Below are positions 37,492 through 50,000 of a stretch of 64,000 nt of DNA, one piece after another. Below the pieces are notes generated by a model, which was not told where the DNA came from, searched no databases, and saw only the letters and a program-made list of their open reading frames with translations. Source of the DNA: Phoronis australis (taxonomy: Eukaryota > Animalia > Phoronida); contig NMRA01000053.1 of NCBI GenBank assembly GCA_002633005.1, forward strand, positions 1,126,240-1,190,239, given 5' to 3'. The translations under genes were made by a program, and so were the position numbers. Position 1 is the stretch's first letter. The number at the start of each line of letters is the position of its first letter.

Positions 37492-40211
37492 GTTTTACGA
37501 TGGGCACTGGGAGGGAATAAAATCTCGTCTGAAAGCTTTCTGGATACTGCGTTGCCTACAAGAGGTTTACAGTTTTTTGATGGCGTCTTTATGACTGTGA
37601 TAAATGTACGTAAACTAAAAGGTAAAACTACAAACTGCGCGAATTATGCTCACTTTTGTTAACCAAGAACTGAACTAAACAACGCTAATAAGACATTAAA
37701 TTGGTGTAATATCGTGGCACACTTTCTACGCTTCTATTAGGAGCTCCGTTCTAATGAGCCTTGTTCCATAAAGGAAGATATTAGCCGTGCAACGTCACAA
37801 ATTGCCTTCAATACTGGCAAGGGATCCAACAGCGTGGCTCTACAGCTCTACAGAATCAGTAAAACACGTAACTGAACAATATTTTTCCAATTTGTAATTT
37901 ACTTTATAATCAGCAAACGCTGACGTCGATGAATACAAAACAAAAAAGTAAAACACAGACACACAAGCCCAAAAGAAAAATGTTTCTCGAACACATTGGC
38001 GTCTTCAGGGTTCTAAGATCCTTGCCGAAATGCAGAACGGTTCCAGCAGTGAAATTAATTCTTTAATTTCAATTCTGCTTTGTGGAGGCATTGACCAGGA
38101 GCTGGACAATACTGTGTCTTTTTAAAAAAATCTCGTTCTTATGGTGATGGCATTCACTCAATAGGATTTGAACATTACATCTTTTTACGCAAAATCCCAA
38201 GTTCACGATTTCCACGAAAGACAGTTTTGTGTTAATAACACAGCTAGCAACATGTAACATTGAGCAAATCTTACCTATACCAAAGTCTAGGACGGTATCT
38301 AGGCAAATCACGTCGCGTGGGTAATCTATACTCAGTTTTTACGTTGCGAATACATAATGCAGACATAACTATTATCGCTTGTCGCGAGGTGCTTAATTTT
38401 AATGGTGGCTATTGAACTTTACATTTACACGTGGTGCGATTATAAATGTTTTGTCACTCCGGGATTAACACATGAGTGGTAAATACTTTGGCGTTTTTTG
38501 GTATAGACGCAGATAGACTTTTAAATACGCAGGATATATACATTGTATACGAAAGTTTGACGGCCTGCCGCGTAAGGTTGATGTTATATTTCGTTTTAGC
38601 TGTGAATCAAAACGCGGAATTTCACTGAAGCAACTGTTGCTTGTTGAGTCGAAACAAGGTGTTCTTACCTGTGATAAAATTTCTACTCGCTTATATGTAC
38701 TGCTATGCCATCAGACATATGGAGCGCATAAGCGACTGGCCAATATAGGTTTGTTCTTTGTTGTGTACATGTACATATGGCACACATCACGGGGTTAATA
38801 AATTTGATTTATAATAGAAATTAAGCTAAATAGTCACTATGAATTATTCCGTTCTATTGAATAAGTAATAAGTTGAATAAACTCTGCGTAAGAGAATTTC
38901 ACCCATTACAAAGCCTTGTGTTTGTATTTTAAACACTTCATTATATGGCGCTGTAATGATCGCGCTATGCGGTAGCGTGTTGGCAAGCTATGCGGTAGCG
39001 TGTTGGCAAGACGGCTGTTCGCTTAGTTGGCCAACTGCCTATGAATTTATTTATACCGAAGCACTGACATGCGCCTTGTCTCTTCATTTAAAGTATTGAA
39101 AGCATGGTTTTGTATCACACAAACATGTATTTGGTTAATTGTAGTAGTGGCGTATCTAGGATATTATGAGGGGGGAGCAACATTTGTCTGGGGCAATTGA
39201 ACAAAGCACGATTGGTTGCGAGAGCGCAGCGCCTGAAAGAAAGATGGGGAGGGGGGGGGGGGCAGTCGACAGTTGACATTCGAGTGTCTAAAACAAACGG
39301 AGGACTAAAATAAATTTTAAAAAACCAAAAGCGGTTGCGCAGGTCATGGGGGCCTCGGGACGGACACTTAAAATGGAGTGTTAACCTCCCTCAGCCGCTT
39401 GTTAATAATTGTTCAACTCAATGTTTCCTTAGGCTCTTGCTGTTTTATTTTTTTGCGGCAACCAAGGGGGGGGGNNNNNNNNNNNNNNNNNNNNNNNNNN
39501 NNNNNNNNNNNNNNNNNNNNNNNNNNNNNNNNNNNNNNNNNNNNNNNNNNNNNNNNNNNNNNNNNNNNNNNNNNNNNNNNNNNNNNNNNNNNNNNNNNNN
39601 NNNNNNNNNNNNNNNNNNNNNNNNNNNNNNNNNNNNNNNNNNNNNNNNNNNNNNNNNNNNNNNNNNNNNNNNNNNNNNNNNNNNNNNNNNNNNNNNNNNN
39701 NGGGGGGGTGCTGGGACCCCCTAAATCTGCCTTTTTTAGTTATATGGGCTAATAATCTCGTTCGCCTTTATGTCACAACATTTTCAACATGACTTTGAAA
39801 CGTCACAGTCTCGTAACGCAGTCACCGCTTTAAACAGTGGGTCATCATATATTGGTTTAAAGGAGATCTGTTTAGAAGTAGTAATACGACCACCAGAATA
39901 ATACCAACAACATATCAATATAAATTGTAATAACAATCTGTCCCCAGGCTGAATTGAATTTATACGTCATTTCAGAATAAGACATAATAACAATTAACAG
40001 CTTTAAAGTATATATGTAATAAACGTCTTTGCTTGTACCCAGACTTAACAGTGACATTTGAGAAATTGCCTAGGAACATGCTGAAATATTGGTTTCAATC
40101 CTTCTAGTCTGACGGTCAGAGATTTCAGTGTATAGATATATTATAGATATTATTAAGAAATAGATTCGTTTTCGTGAATGAACCGTAATCAAATACAAAA
40201 TGCAACTCATC

Positions 40212-40496
40212 TTCAACTGAGTGTTAGTCAAAACATACACATATCCTGTCATTTACACGGAGTGACCATTCAACTGAGTGTTAGTCAAAACATACACATA
40301 TCCTGTCATTTACACGGAGTGACCATTCAACTGAGTGTTAGTCAAAACATACACATATCCTGTCATGTACACGGAGTGACCATTCAACTGAGTGTTAGTC
40401 AAAACATACACATATCCTGTCATTTACACGGAGTGACCATTCAACTGAGTGTTAGTCAAAACATACACATATCCTGTCATTTACATAGAGTGACCA
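40212..40496. repeat. 57-bp minisatellite, 5 near-perfect copies
   Basis: Unit TTCAACTGAGTGTTAGTCAAAACATACACATATCCTGTCATTTACACGGAGTGACCA at 40212, 40269, 40326, 40383 and 40440. Confidence 0.95.
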
Positions 40497-42209
40497 GTTT
40501 CTACATGTCGGAAAAAAGTTACAGCTTTTAGTCCAAACTAACTTTTACATAGTGTTTGTGCTTTTTGCTATTTAAAAGAAAGGCAACTTAGATTTGGCTA
40601 CTATAGATTCAGTTCATACATTTTCTAGCGTTCGGTTTCATTCCCACATCACTTATCTTAAGTTGTTACAACATCAACTTTTAAAACAAGACAGAACACC
40701 AACTGGTCAGGAACTTCTTCAGGATTTCCTCACCGCTAGAGGCCCCGGAACGAGGTTACAACTACAGCGTTCGCGTAACGACCGATCGACCGTCTCATCT
40801 GCCGTCAGAGGAAAATCTGGGGAACGCACGTCATACGCCTGATCTACTTTTATATTATCAGCCATGAAATCAGACGCAGATCTGCCGTCAAACCATGAGT
40901 TTGTGGAAACCTTTTGGTGCCGGATGTCACTGCGCCTTGGCAAGTTAGCATTTTTCACTTTAAATCGTTGCATTCTTGCCTTAGGTCACTTACCGTGAGG
41001 GTTGTGTAATGGGTCTCAAATAGTTCCTTGGAACTGACCACTTGTTTTTTTTTTCAAAGCTCATAAAATTTTCGGTCACGGGGTGACATGATTGATTTAG
41101 TTCTAAGGAAATAACAAATTAAAAAACTAGGGGGTTTTCAATTTATACTCATTGCAAAAACTATTTTAAGTTGGTTTCAAATCCAGGCACCCAATTTTCA
41201 CATCGAGGCTGGTCTTTTGTTCGGCGTCTCCGGTTTCGGGGGCCATTTATCTACCACGACTCAAATTCTGTTACTATAGGACCATGAGCCGAGCTGCACT
41301 GTGCCCTCATCAGTCGAAATCTAAAGCACCTTTGGCTTTGTTCTGCTAAAATTATCCTGACAATTATATCTTTTCACGACGAATTGAATTTCAAAATCTT
41401 TGGCTAAACAGCGCGTAAAAACATTTTTGCACCCATTAATTCAAACCTTGAGCATCCTTGACTTTCTTCGGTTAAAATTATCCCAACAATTATATCTTTT
41501 CTCGAAGGTGTGAATTTCAGACGTCAAACAGCGCGAAAAAGACGTTTTGGTGCACGATAGAAAATTTTATTTTGTCAATGTTTTATTACCATAAAAACAA
41601 AAATGATGCGGCAATGGTCCTGCTTCACATAAAGGGACCTTAGACGGACAAATGGTGAATGACTTTCTAGTTAATCTATTGACGATGTTCAAGGACGTGG
41701 GAGAAAAACGTCCAAGTTAGCCCGCTGTCGCCGAGTAGGCAGCGAAGATATGCGTGTATCATTTTTAATTGCCGCTGTAACCCGATTCCACCAAGCGTCT
41801 GAGAACGGCATGGCACCTGCTGCACTCCACTATATACATGTAGCCTAGTTGTACGTCTGCCTGTCCGGGTCATCGCGTTGTAGGCTCATCGTAAGCTGAG
41901 TGATGTACGTCACTCCCCCGCAGTTGGCTATAAGAAATTAAAATACAATTTCCTGACTTATATTTGGAAAAGTTGCCTAGACTGATAAGGGTTCCCTACA
42001 TACGGACTGTTATTTAGGATACTCAGTCAAGTAGCTGCATGAGGACAAAAAACCCTTGTTATTTATCATGTAGTTAGACAAATGTACACTGTGAGGGACA
42101 AGGTTTGGACCAGAGCTCCCAAACCGAACTAATTCCATTTTTTAAATTGGAAACTCAAAATCAGTGCTTTAAGCATTTTGACCGGACTGAGAAGATCCCA
42201 ATCATTTGG

Positions 42210-42223
42210 GTTGCTAGGGCAGC
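42210..42223. promoter_or_regulatory. Candidate RFX X-box in a putative bidirectional promoter region
   Basis: GTTGCTAGGGCAGC resembles the X-box palindrome GTTGCC-AT-GGCAAC. A second half-site (GTGACAAC) lies at ~42480-42487. Confidence 0.25.
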
Positions 42224-43914
42224 CTGTCGGTGAGGCTACTTGAAGACATTTTTCCGTCCACCAGTCATATGAGCCATTTGTGAAAAGATCGGACTTAAAT
42301 TGTCTGCCATTGTACGACGGATATGCCAGCCGGCCGAGGGACTTGTTTTGTAGTCTCTGCTTGCCAGTGGACAACGACGTTAGCTCCCTTTCTCGTGTTT
42401 CTGGGAACAAGTTCTCGTGTTGGAGCTCTTCTGTACTTGGAGGTTCATACGCAACTATTCAGTGGGTCGCCGATATCTCGTGACAACAATACACACATGT
42501 GATGACTTATCAGTAATCAGGTTATGTAGGTTCAACCTGAATTCTAGTTCCACTTGAGTCATCGAATTGTTCACAGGTAAATATAACTCGTTTGCTAATA
42601 AGCCTCGCCATCATATTCTAGTCTCATCCCAACTTGAAGCCTCGAATAGTGGAAGGGTTCATCATCGCTCGTTCTGGATTGGTTACGTAATTAGGCCTAC
42701 TACTGTGTATTTTGTGTTCTCGAGTGTGTACTTACTCTGACCACCTGATCATCATATCTATTTCTTTAGTGCCCACATCTATGGTGCCCACTACATATCC
42801 TCTCAGCTCTCGCCTGAACTTTTGTAGAAATTACCGAAACTCACCTTTTGAGTCCTGTAGCTGTAGCCAGTGTAGCGACGTTTAATGACTCATCAATATT
42901 TTTCTCATTTGGTTCAGCTTTGATGAACTACCCCCTAGCATCCAAACTATTAGGCAATGGGCAGCCCGATTGAGCAAGTGCCCATTGAAACTAAATGGAA
43001 GTGATTTAAATGCCTTATATTAGCACGACATATACGCAAGTCATATGCTGAATATCGGATGCAAATGGTTGGAATCTGTCAGAGACAGCTGTTCAATTGG
43101 CAAAAATGGGAGGCCTACAGTAAAAATTTTTTAGTTTGGGACAAAAATAATTGCTAAAATTGCCATATTTCTATTTCCAGAGGCTTACCACATTGTTGCA
43201 AATGCTCAAAATTTTACGAAGCATTGTTTGGTAACTAACTTAGTTACACCATACAAACCAAATGCTAAAAGCATTTAGTGAATTTTCATAAAAAGTTATT
43301 TTTGTTGAAGTGTTAACAAAATGAAATTTCTCCTGTACAACATATTGTGTCCCAAACTGTCAAAAAAATTCTGTTTGCAGTGATTCGCCAAAAATTGCAA
43401 GTGCTCGAAACTTTGGCCGACAATTTTGCTGACTCATAAGAAGGCAAAATGGCATTGTGTCAACAATTTTGTCCATTTTGATCATTGAAGCGGCACATAA
43501 GAAAAAAATCTTAGTGTTGTTAATCAGACCTGCAGACTAACTAAGCTAAATATAGTTTGACTTGCCCTTAAGTCTGCTTATGTTGAGAAATTTGAGCATC
43601 GAGTTGTCCATTTGCTCAATTTACTGTTCTTATTTTGCTGCAATTTTGAATGACATTTTTTAATCACCATTTTCTCTCACTCAGGGAGAATCCTCTGTAT
43701 CAATTGGGTAAGGATTCAAGTCGGGCGGATCAAGGATTTTTTAAGGGGGGACGTCGGATCAAAGATTTTTTTAAAAGGGGTATTGAATCCAAGTCAACAA
43801 TTTGAAAATTTGATATTCACTGAAATCAAGGGACGGGGGGGGGGGGGTCTGGAACCCGTGATCCCCCTGGATTCACCTATGCAAGTGGTAAATGTTTTCT
43901 TGTATAGGCCTACA

Positions 43915-44055
43915 ATGGTGGAACCAGAAGACTCTGCTGGGGAAGATACACCGCTGCTGTCTAGTGGTAGAAGTTTACGTAACGGACGTCGAGGATTTGA
44001 GATTGCAGCCGGGCAGGTGGCAATACCGGACGGAGAGAAAAAGTCAGATGGATCC
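43915..44055 (+). CDS. NRAMP: NRAMP coding exon 1 (cytosolic N-tail)
   Basis: Acceptor at 43906-43907, acaATGg Kozak, donor TCC|gtaagg, phase 0. Confidence 0.7.
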
Positions 44056-47000
44056 GTAAGGGAATAGTTCTCGTTATGGCATGTTTATGGGGTGTCGCTT
44101 ACACACTGGGCCAAACTTTCCTAGAAGAAATCTGATTTAGAGCCCAAACACTTAAAAATTGACACCTTCAATCCTTGATATATTGGCTTCATTTCAGTCA
44201 GTAGTTTAATATTGTATTGCTCTCATCCACTTTCCTAGTCTCCATTGTTGGTAACTTCATCATGAATTTCTGTTTTTTCCTGATGATGATTTTAGATTAG
44301 AAGCGAAACACTCACTGTGAACTTGTTTGTATCTAAATGTTGCTAAATTTTCTTGACCTCTAATTTTTTGATTGAATGATCAAGTGAACATTTTGTTTCA
44401 GTTTAAGTTCAGTTTCAAGAAGCTGTGGGCATTCACTGGGCCAGGTTTTCTAATGAGTATAGCCTACCTAGACCCGGGAAATATTGAGTCGGATCTTCAG
44501 TCTGGAGCTATTGCCAAATATAAGGTAATGGTTATTGTCTTATTATGGAACGTTTTGCTATTTATTTTGTAATAAACTTTGCATTGTTTATTTACTTCAA
44601 ATTCATTGTGTTTCCTTTGTTTTTGACACTGGCTGTAGTCTGGGTGAACTGGCATTACATTGATCTGTCTTCTTCAAAATATGGTCTTCTAAACTTTCAA
44701 TGTTTTGTGCTGGTGGTAAAGGAAAATTGAAGGTTTCTAAGAAGTCCACAACTTTTGCCATTTTTCATACGACGTTGTGCCACCATTATTATTATTATTA
44801 ATTTTATTACTTATTCTTATTGTTTTTTTGGCATCTACCTTTTTGCGCCAAACAGCTTCAAGGGTTATTATGAAACCAGACAGGTGTCTTTCTTCGACAA
44901 GGGCCTGATTTAACATTGCTTTTCTGACTGCTGTGGTGGTACCCTAGTGGTCTCTAGAAACACAGTGCTTGTGTTGTAGAGGGGCACCTTGTGTTACTCT
45001 TTTTTCTTTTAACATATTTTTGGGATTTGTAGAAGTAATCCTGGTATGTCATGCTCACCCATTTTTGGGTTATTCATCTTGATTTTAAGAATGTTGCATT
45101 TTGCTTGTGGTTGCTACCCATTTCCATATCGCTGTTATTACTGTAAAAGTATATTACTTTCAATTCTAAAATATACGTCTTGCCATCTGTCTGTCTGCTT
45201 TATGTCTGTCCGTCTTTGATTGTATGTATTCGTGCGATTATCTTTTACCATATACCACTAATTAGGTCACATTTTGCTCCTAAAGGAACTATTCTAAAGC
45301 TTGTTTATGAATAACAACTGCATCTTAAACTAATAACCTTTAACCTTGCTTCATTGATAGCTGTTATGGGTTCTGATGTGGTCTACTGTGCTGGGTCTTG
45401 TCCTACAGTTACTAGCTGCCAGACTTGGAGCTGTTACAGGTAAGTCCTCAGCAATAAGGTCACACCACATGCACCATGTAACCAGCATAATCTTTTGCCA
45501 CAGGATCACCAACATTTTGTAGATATGAGTGTTAAGGCCCCAGTGGTAACGAGCTTAGATATTTCTGCTACGAGTTTGTCTGTGCTGCGGTGATTTTGAG
45601 AAAGAATTAACGGCAAAGCACGACAATTTGGATGTCTGAAACCAATCATTATTGCAAGGATTCACATGCTAACCCTTCCCTGTATGGACAAAGACCTGGC
45701 AATGCATTCGTGACTTACTTAGTTCCCCTCGAGCTTGAGTTTATCTGTTGTGGAGTACACTGGGCCTGTGCATCTGTTTGTGAAACTTCTGTGAAAAATC
45801 ACAGAGCAGGTTTTTGAAATGGTGTGTTATTGACGCTTGGCTTAAAAAGTTACACGGTGACGTTTATTCTATATAATATCAGTTATTATGGAAAATAATA
45901 ACAGTGCACAAAAGACAAGCATAAAACACCGATATATAATACTCACATGCAATGAAAGCTACCTGTCATTGCCAAATATTTACACATGACCTTTTCACCT
46001 GTTTATAGTGCCAGCATTGCTTTGTTATCAAAAACATTTGCAAGCTTCAACTTGATTTGTTTATGATCTGCCGACTTGAGTGAAATATTATCACTTTATG
46101 TAAACTGTTAACGTTGGTTAGCTCTTAATCTTATCTGTATTGACTGCGGCACCTGACCATATCAGATAATTTGATTAATACACCCTGACCTCTATCAAAG
46201 TGTTAGATGGTTATCTGTAAACAGCTCATGATACTCTATTTGCATGAGTATGTATCATACTGTTGGAATATGATTGAACAAGAGAATCTATTAGTGAATG
46301 GGGCAATTTGACACTAATCCTCAATTCCTTGCAAATTATCTATTAAGGCTAGGTAGGACCCTTAGAAAATTCCAGTTTGGCTAAGTTCAGAATGTCATAT
46401 CTCAGAAGTGATGTTTTGGATCATGATGGCATTCTCTCGTTCAGCGACTTTACCAGACGTAGAGGGTTGTGAGCGTGTGATAACATCTAGCTCCTTTGTT
46501 AACCGCCAAGCACGATCTTTTGTCTGGTATGACAACAGGCAGGCCAATTATCTACCAGGCTTATTACAGACCACCTGTGAACACAGTCAAACCCAGAGCA
46601 AATTGGTATATGTTCGAAAAGAATAGATTTTCGTAATTTCGGTAGTAGTTGGGCGATTTTGGCAATTCTAAAACTAAACATGATCAGCATTTGACGAGGA
46701 TTTCAGAAATGCTATTTGTTTATGTTCAGATATGTTATAACTTAACTTTTATTTTTAACAGCACAGCCCAGTCAGGCTAGCTACGATCTTATTGGAGATT
46801 AGAGCAATTATCGAACAAAAGAGAGCTGGCCCTCCAACCATAAATGCCAGAATGGAGTTAAGCAGTTGTGTAAGATATTGGCCACAGGGGTCATCTTCCC
46901 AACTTCAAACAAGTTGGGAGCAACGGGGAAAATGCCATAATGATGATATGAAACTTTCACATGCCATGATTTATGTGTTATTCTCTAAACCGCTGGTAGG

Positions 47001-50000
47001 AATTGTTTCTCAAAATTTCCACAGGTATGAGGGCTATGAAATTGGACCTAAACCTTTATTTCCACTAAAATTGGGTCATGTGATTGGTACCATTGTTTTG
47101 ATTGGAACGTACCTTTCATCTTTGAAAAATATTTGCTTGACACAATCAATGACATAAACGTATAAAGTTAAATTCGAAATTCGTTGTCTTTCCATTTTCA
47201 GAAAATTTGTAATTATACTTAGTTAATTTCAATAGTGTTGTAAATATTTGGCTAATATGCGTAGACTTGTTGATTAGGTCTTTCATAACCCTATGAAAAA
47301 ACTTTTGATATGAATCTTTGTCGAGACGAAAGTCCACAATGTGAAATCATTTCTAAGGGGCATTTCTATTCCTTGAATCTTCTATCTGCTTGGTTATCTT
47401 TATCTCTGATATTTTTTTAATTAATTTATTTTAAACTAATTTATTTTTAATTAATTTATTTTTCATGATGCTGTTTTGCATTACCTTGTTGTTTGCTTTA
47501 TAGCCGACATTTACAGTGTCTTGTAAATAAATGGTCCGAGGCCAAATCTAGCAAAATTTTGTTTATTTAGCCATGTAGGTATGGCTTTGACATTATTACG
47601 CAATGCCAAAAACGAATCATTATTTTTCCTTACATCAATCCTTTTTCAACATCCATAACAGAGCCTGGTATTTTATTTTGTGGAGCTAGATTTTGATGAA
47701 AAATATTGAAAGCGCATTTTCTGTCCTTTTTCCTTCTGGACTGACATGTGATTTTACTGCTTAGGTATTGTCAAATGCAACAAAGCTCTTCTGATCGCCA
47801 AAAGTTGTCTCTTGCCAATAATTTTTTCAGTCTGTTTTTGACGGAGTGTAGTATTTTTCCCATCCAACATAGTGTAACAATAAACTTTCCGGAAACATCA
47901 AAAATTCGCTTTTACCAGGAGCAGCCTAGAACTGTGTGTCATGAACTCAAGCTTTCACTAAAATTCCGCATGTTATAACCTTGACAGCCTTTGAGATCTA
48001 TAACAGTCATGAGGTTAATTGGACTAATGCAGCGCAAAATAATTGAAGAATGCGACTTAAGTTGTTGTTGTGGATACAATGCTGTTATCTCCAGTTAGTT
48101 CCTGTACATCTCTATGTGTTGTGTGTTGTAGGCTTGCATCTGGCCCAGGTGTGTTATAGTGAGTACCCCCGTGTGCCGCGCATCGTCATCTGGCTCATGA
48201 TGGAGATCGCCATCATAGGTAGCGATATTCAGGAAGTGATCGGATCTGCAATTGCTATTAATCTGCTGTCTTCCAACAAGTAGGCAAACAAAAATGTTTT
48301 TTCATAAAAGTGATATTATTATGTACTCCTATATACATGTTGGCAGGTATTGCTGTCGTCTCTGTCTGAGCATCTGTGCCCAGTTGCATTAAACAGTCCC
48401 GAGTAGAGACTCTACTAATTTTCCTGCTGCCTATTGGTGGGCTTGTGCAAACACTAATTGTCCTTTCTTAATATGCTGTTTGTGTCTCATTTCCAAAGTC
48501 GACTTTATTGGCTTTGATACAAATTGAGAGTGAGCTCTATGCTGAATTCTCAATAGTAATGAAAATAATTAGGGATATTTTCATGCAACGCCCCATTAAG
48601 GACTAGGTCCCTAATTATTGTGACTCAATTAAGTGCCCAGTTTTTAATTAGAAAAGTTCATTAGTCAAAGAGGATCTCCTAATTAAGGTAAATTGTTAGA
48701 AAAGTTTAGCTAACGTCTGTGAGTACAGAATGAAACAAAGGGTTTAAGGACTTTGTTGAATCCTTATTTGGGACTGTTTCATGCAACCGGGCACTGGCAT
48801 CCACTGCTATGTATCCTAAATCTCTTGTTGGATCTTCATTAAACAGTGCTACTGTCTCGACTGGCTGCAGTAGAGACGGTAGCCTTCCCATAAGCTCTCA
48901 ATATGCTGGAAGTTTTTCGGCAAATTATGCCTCACACTGATTAAACCATAGTCATGTTGTAAAAGTACCTTGTGCGCAGAGACACCATAGGAAACTGTTG
49001 ATGTCTTGAACACTTCCCAGCTAGAACAAATAGTCGCACAATCAGTTTTTTGAACAGTCCTTTGTTCAGTTGCGTTAATTGGCAACTAGCTATTTTTTAT
49101 ATTGCTTGCGCTAGGCGATAGACTGATCTATATGGTGCCCTCAAGTGGCAATTTTGTTTCTGCCTTTATATCTACTTTTTGGGGAATATGAAATCAGTAT
49201 CCCCAACTGGCATGGGATCATGATGATCGTAATTGGTGCTTATACTGTCACATTCCTGCTGTCAATATCCCCATCTAGGCTGGGGGTCATCTTAATTGGT
49301 GCTGATACTCTCATATTTTTAATGTCAATATCCCCATCTGGGCTGGGGTCATGTTATAATAATTATTTTTTAATTTATTTTTTAATATTAGAACATTTAC
49401 CTAGAAATCACTTTTGCATTACATCCAGGTTCTCATTCACTGTCTTGCATTACATTCAGTAAGACTAAGCTCTGAGGAGTTGACGACACCTGTATGCAAA
49501 TATCTGCCAGTAAAGCCAGGATTTGAACCAGAGTTTCACAAACCAGAGTCCAACGCTCAAACCGCTGCACCACAGTGTCTTCTTAAGTGGTGCCAGTGCT
49601 CTCATATTCCAACTTCCAATTATCCACTCTTGGCTAGGGTCATGTGACCCGGTGCTACTCTTCGTGATCCCTATCTGGGCTGGGGTCATCATTATACTGG
49701 TGCTGGTATCGTAACATTCTAACCATCACAGTCCCCATCTGGGCTGGAGTTGTCATCACTGGAGCTGGTGATGTCACATTGTATTTCCATCTGGGCAGAG
49801 GCCGGTCATCATAACTGATGCTGATAACCTTTACAATTCTAACTTTAATGATCCCATTTGGGCCAGGACTCAATCAATAATACCCATTATATCTTTCAGG
49901 ATTCCCATTTGGGCAGGGACACAATCAGTACTACCCCATCTTTCAGGATCCCCATTTGGGCTGGGACTCAATCAATACTACCCATTATATCTTTCAGAAT

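Noticed and set aside
38964-39010. 23-bp direct duplication GCTATGCGGTAGCGTGTTGGCAA x2
   Set aside because: Simple local slippage duplication with no further structure.
39335-39752. Long ORFs across the N run (likewise 50659-51213)
   Set aside because: Artefacts of assembly gaps.
40212-40496. Regular repeat as a CRISPR array, or ORF 40178-40531 as a repeat protein
   Set aside because: Units are contiguous with no unique spacers and the context is eukaryotic. The ORF is a by-product of a 57-bp (3n) minisatellite and has no splice support.
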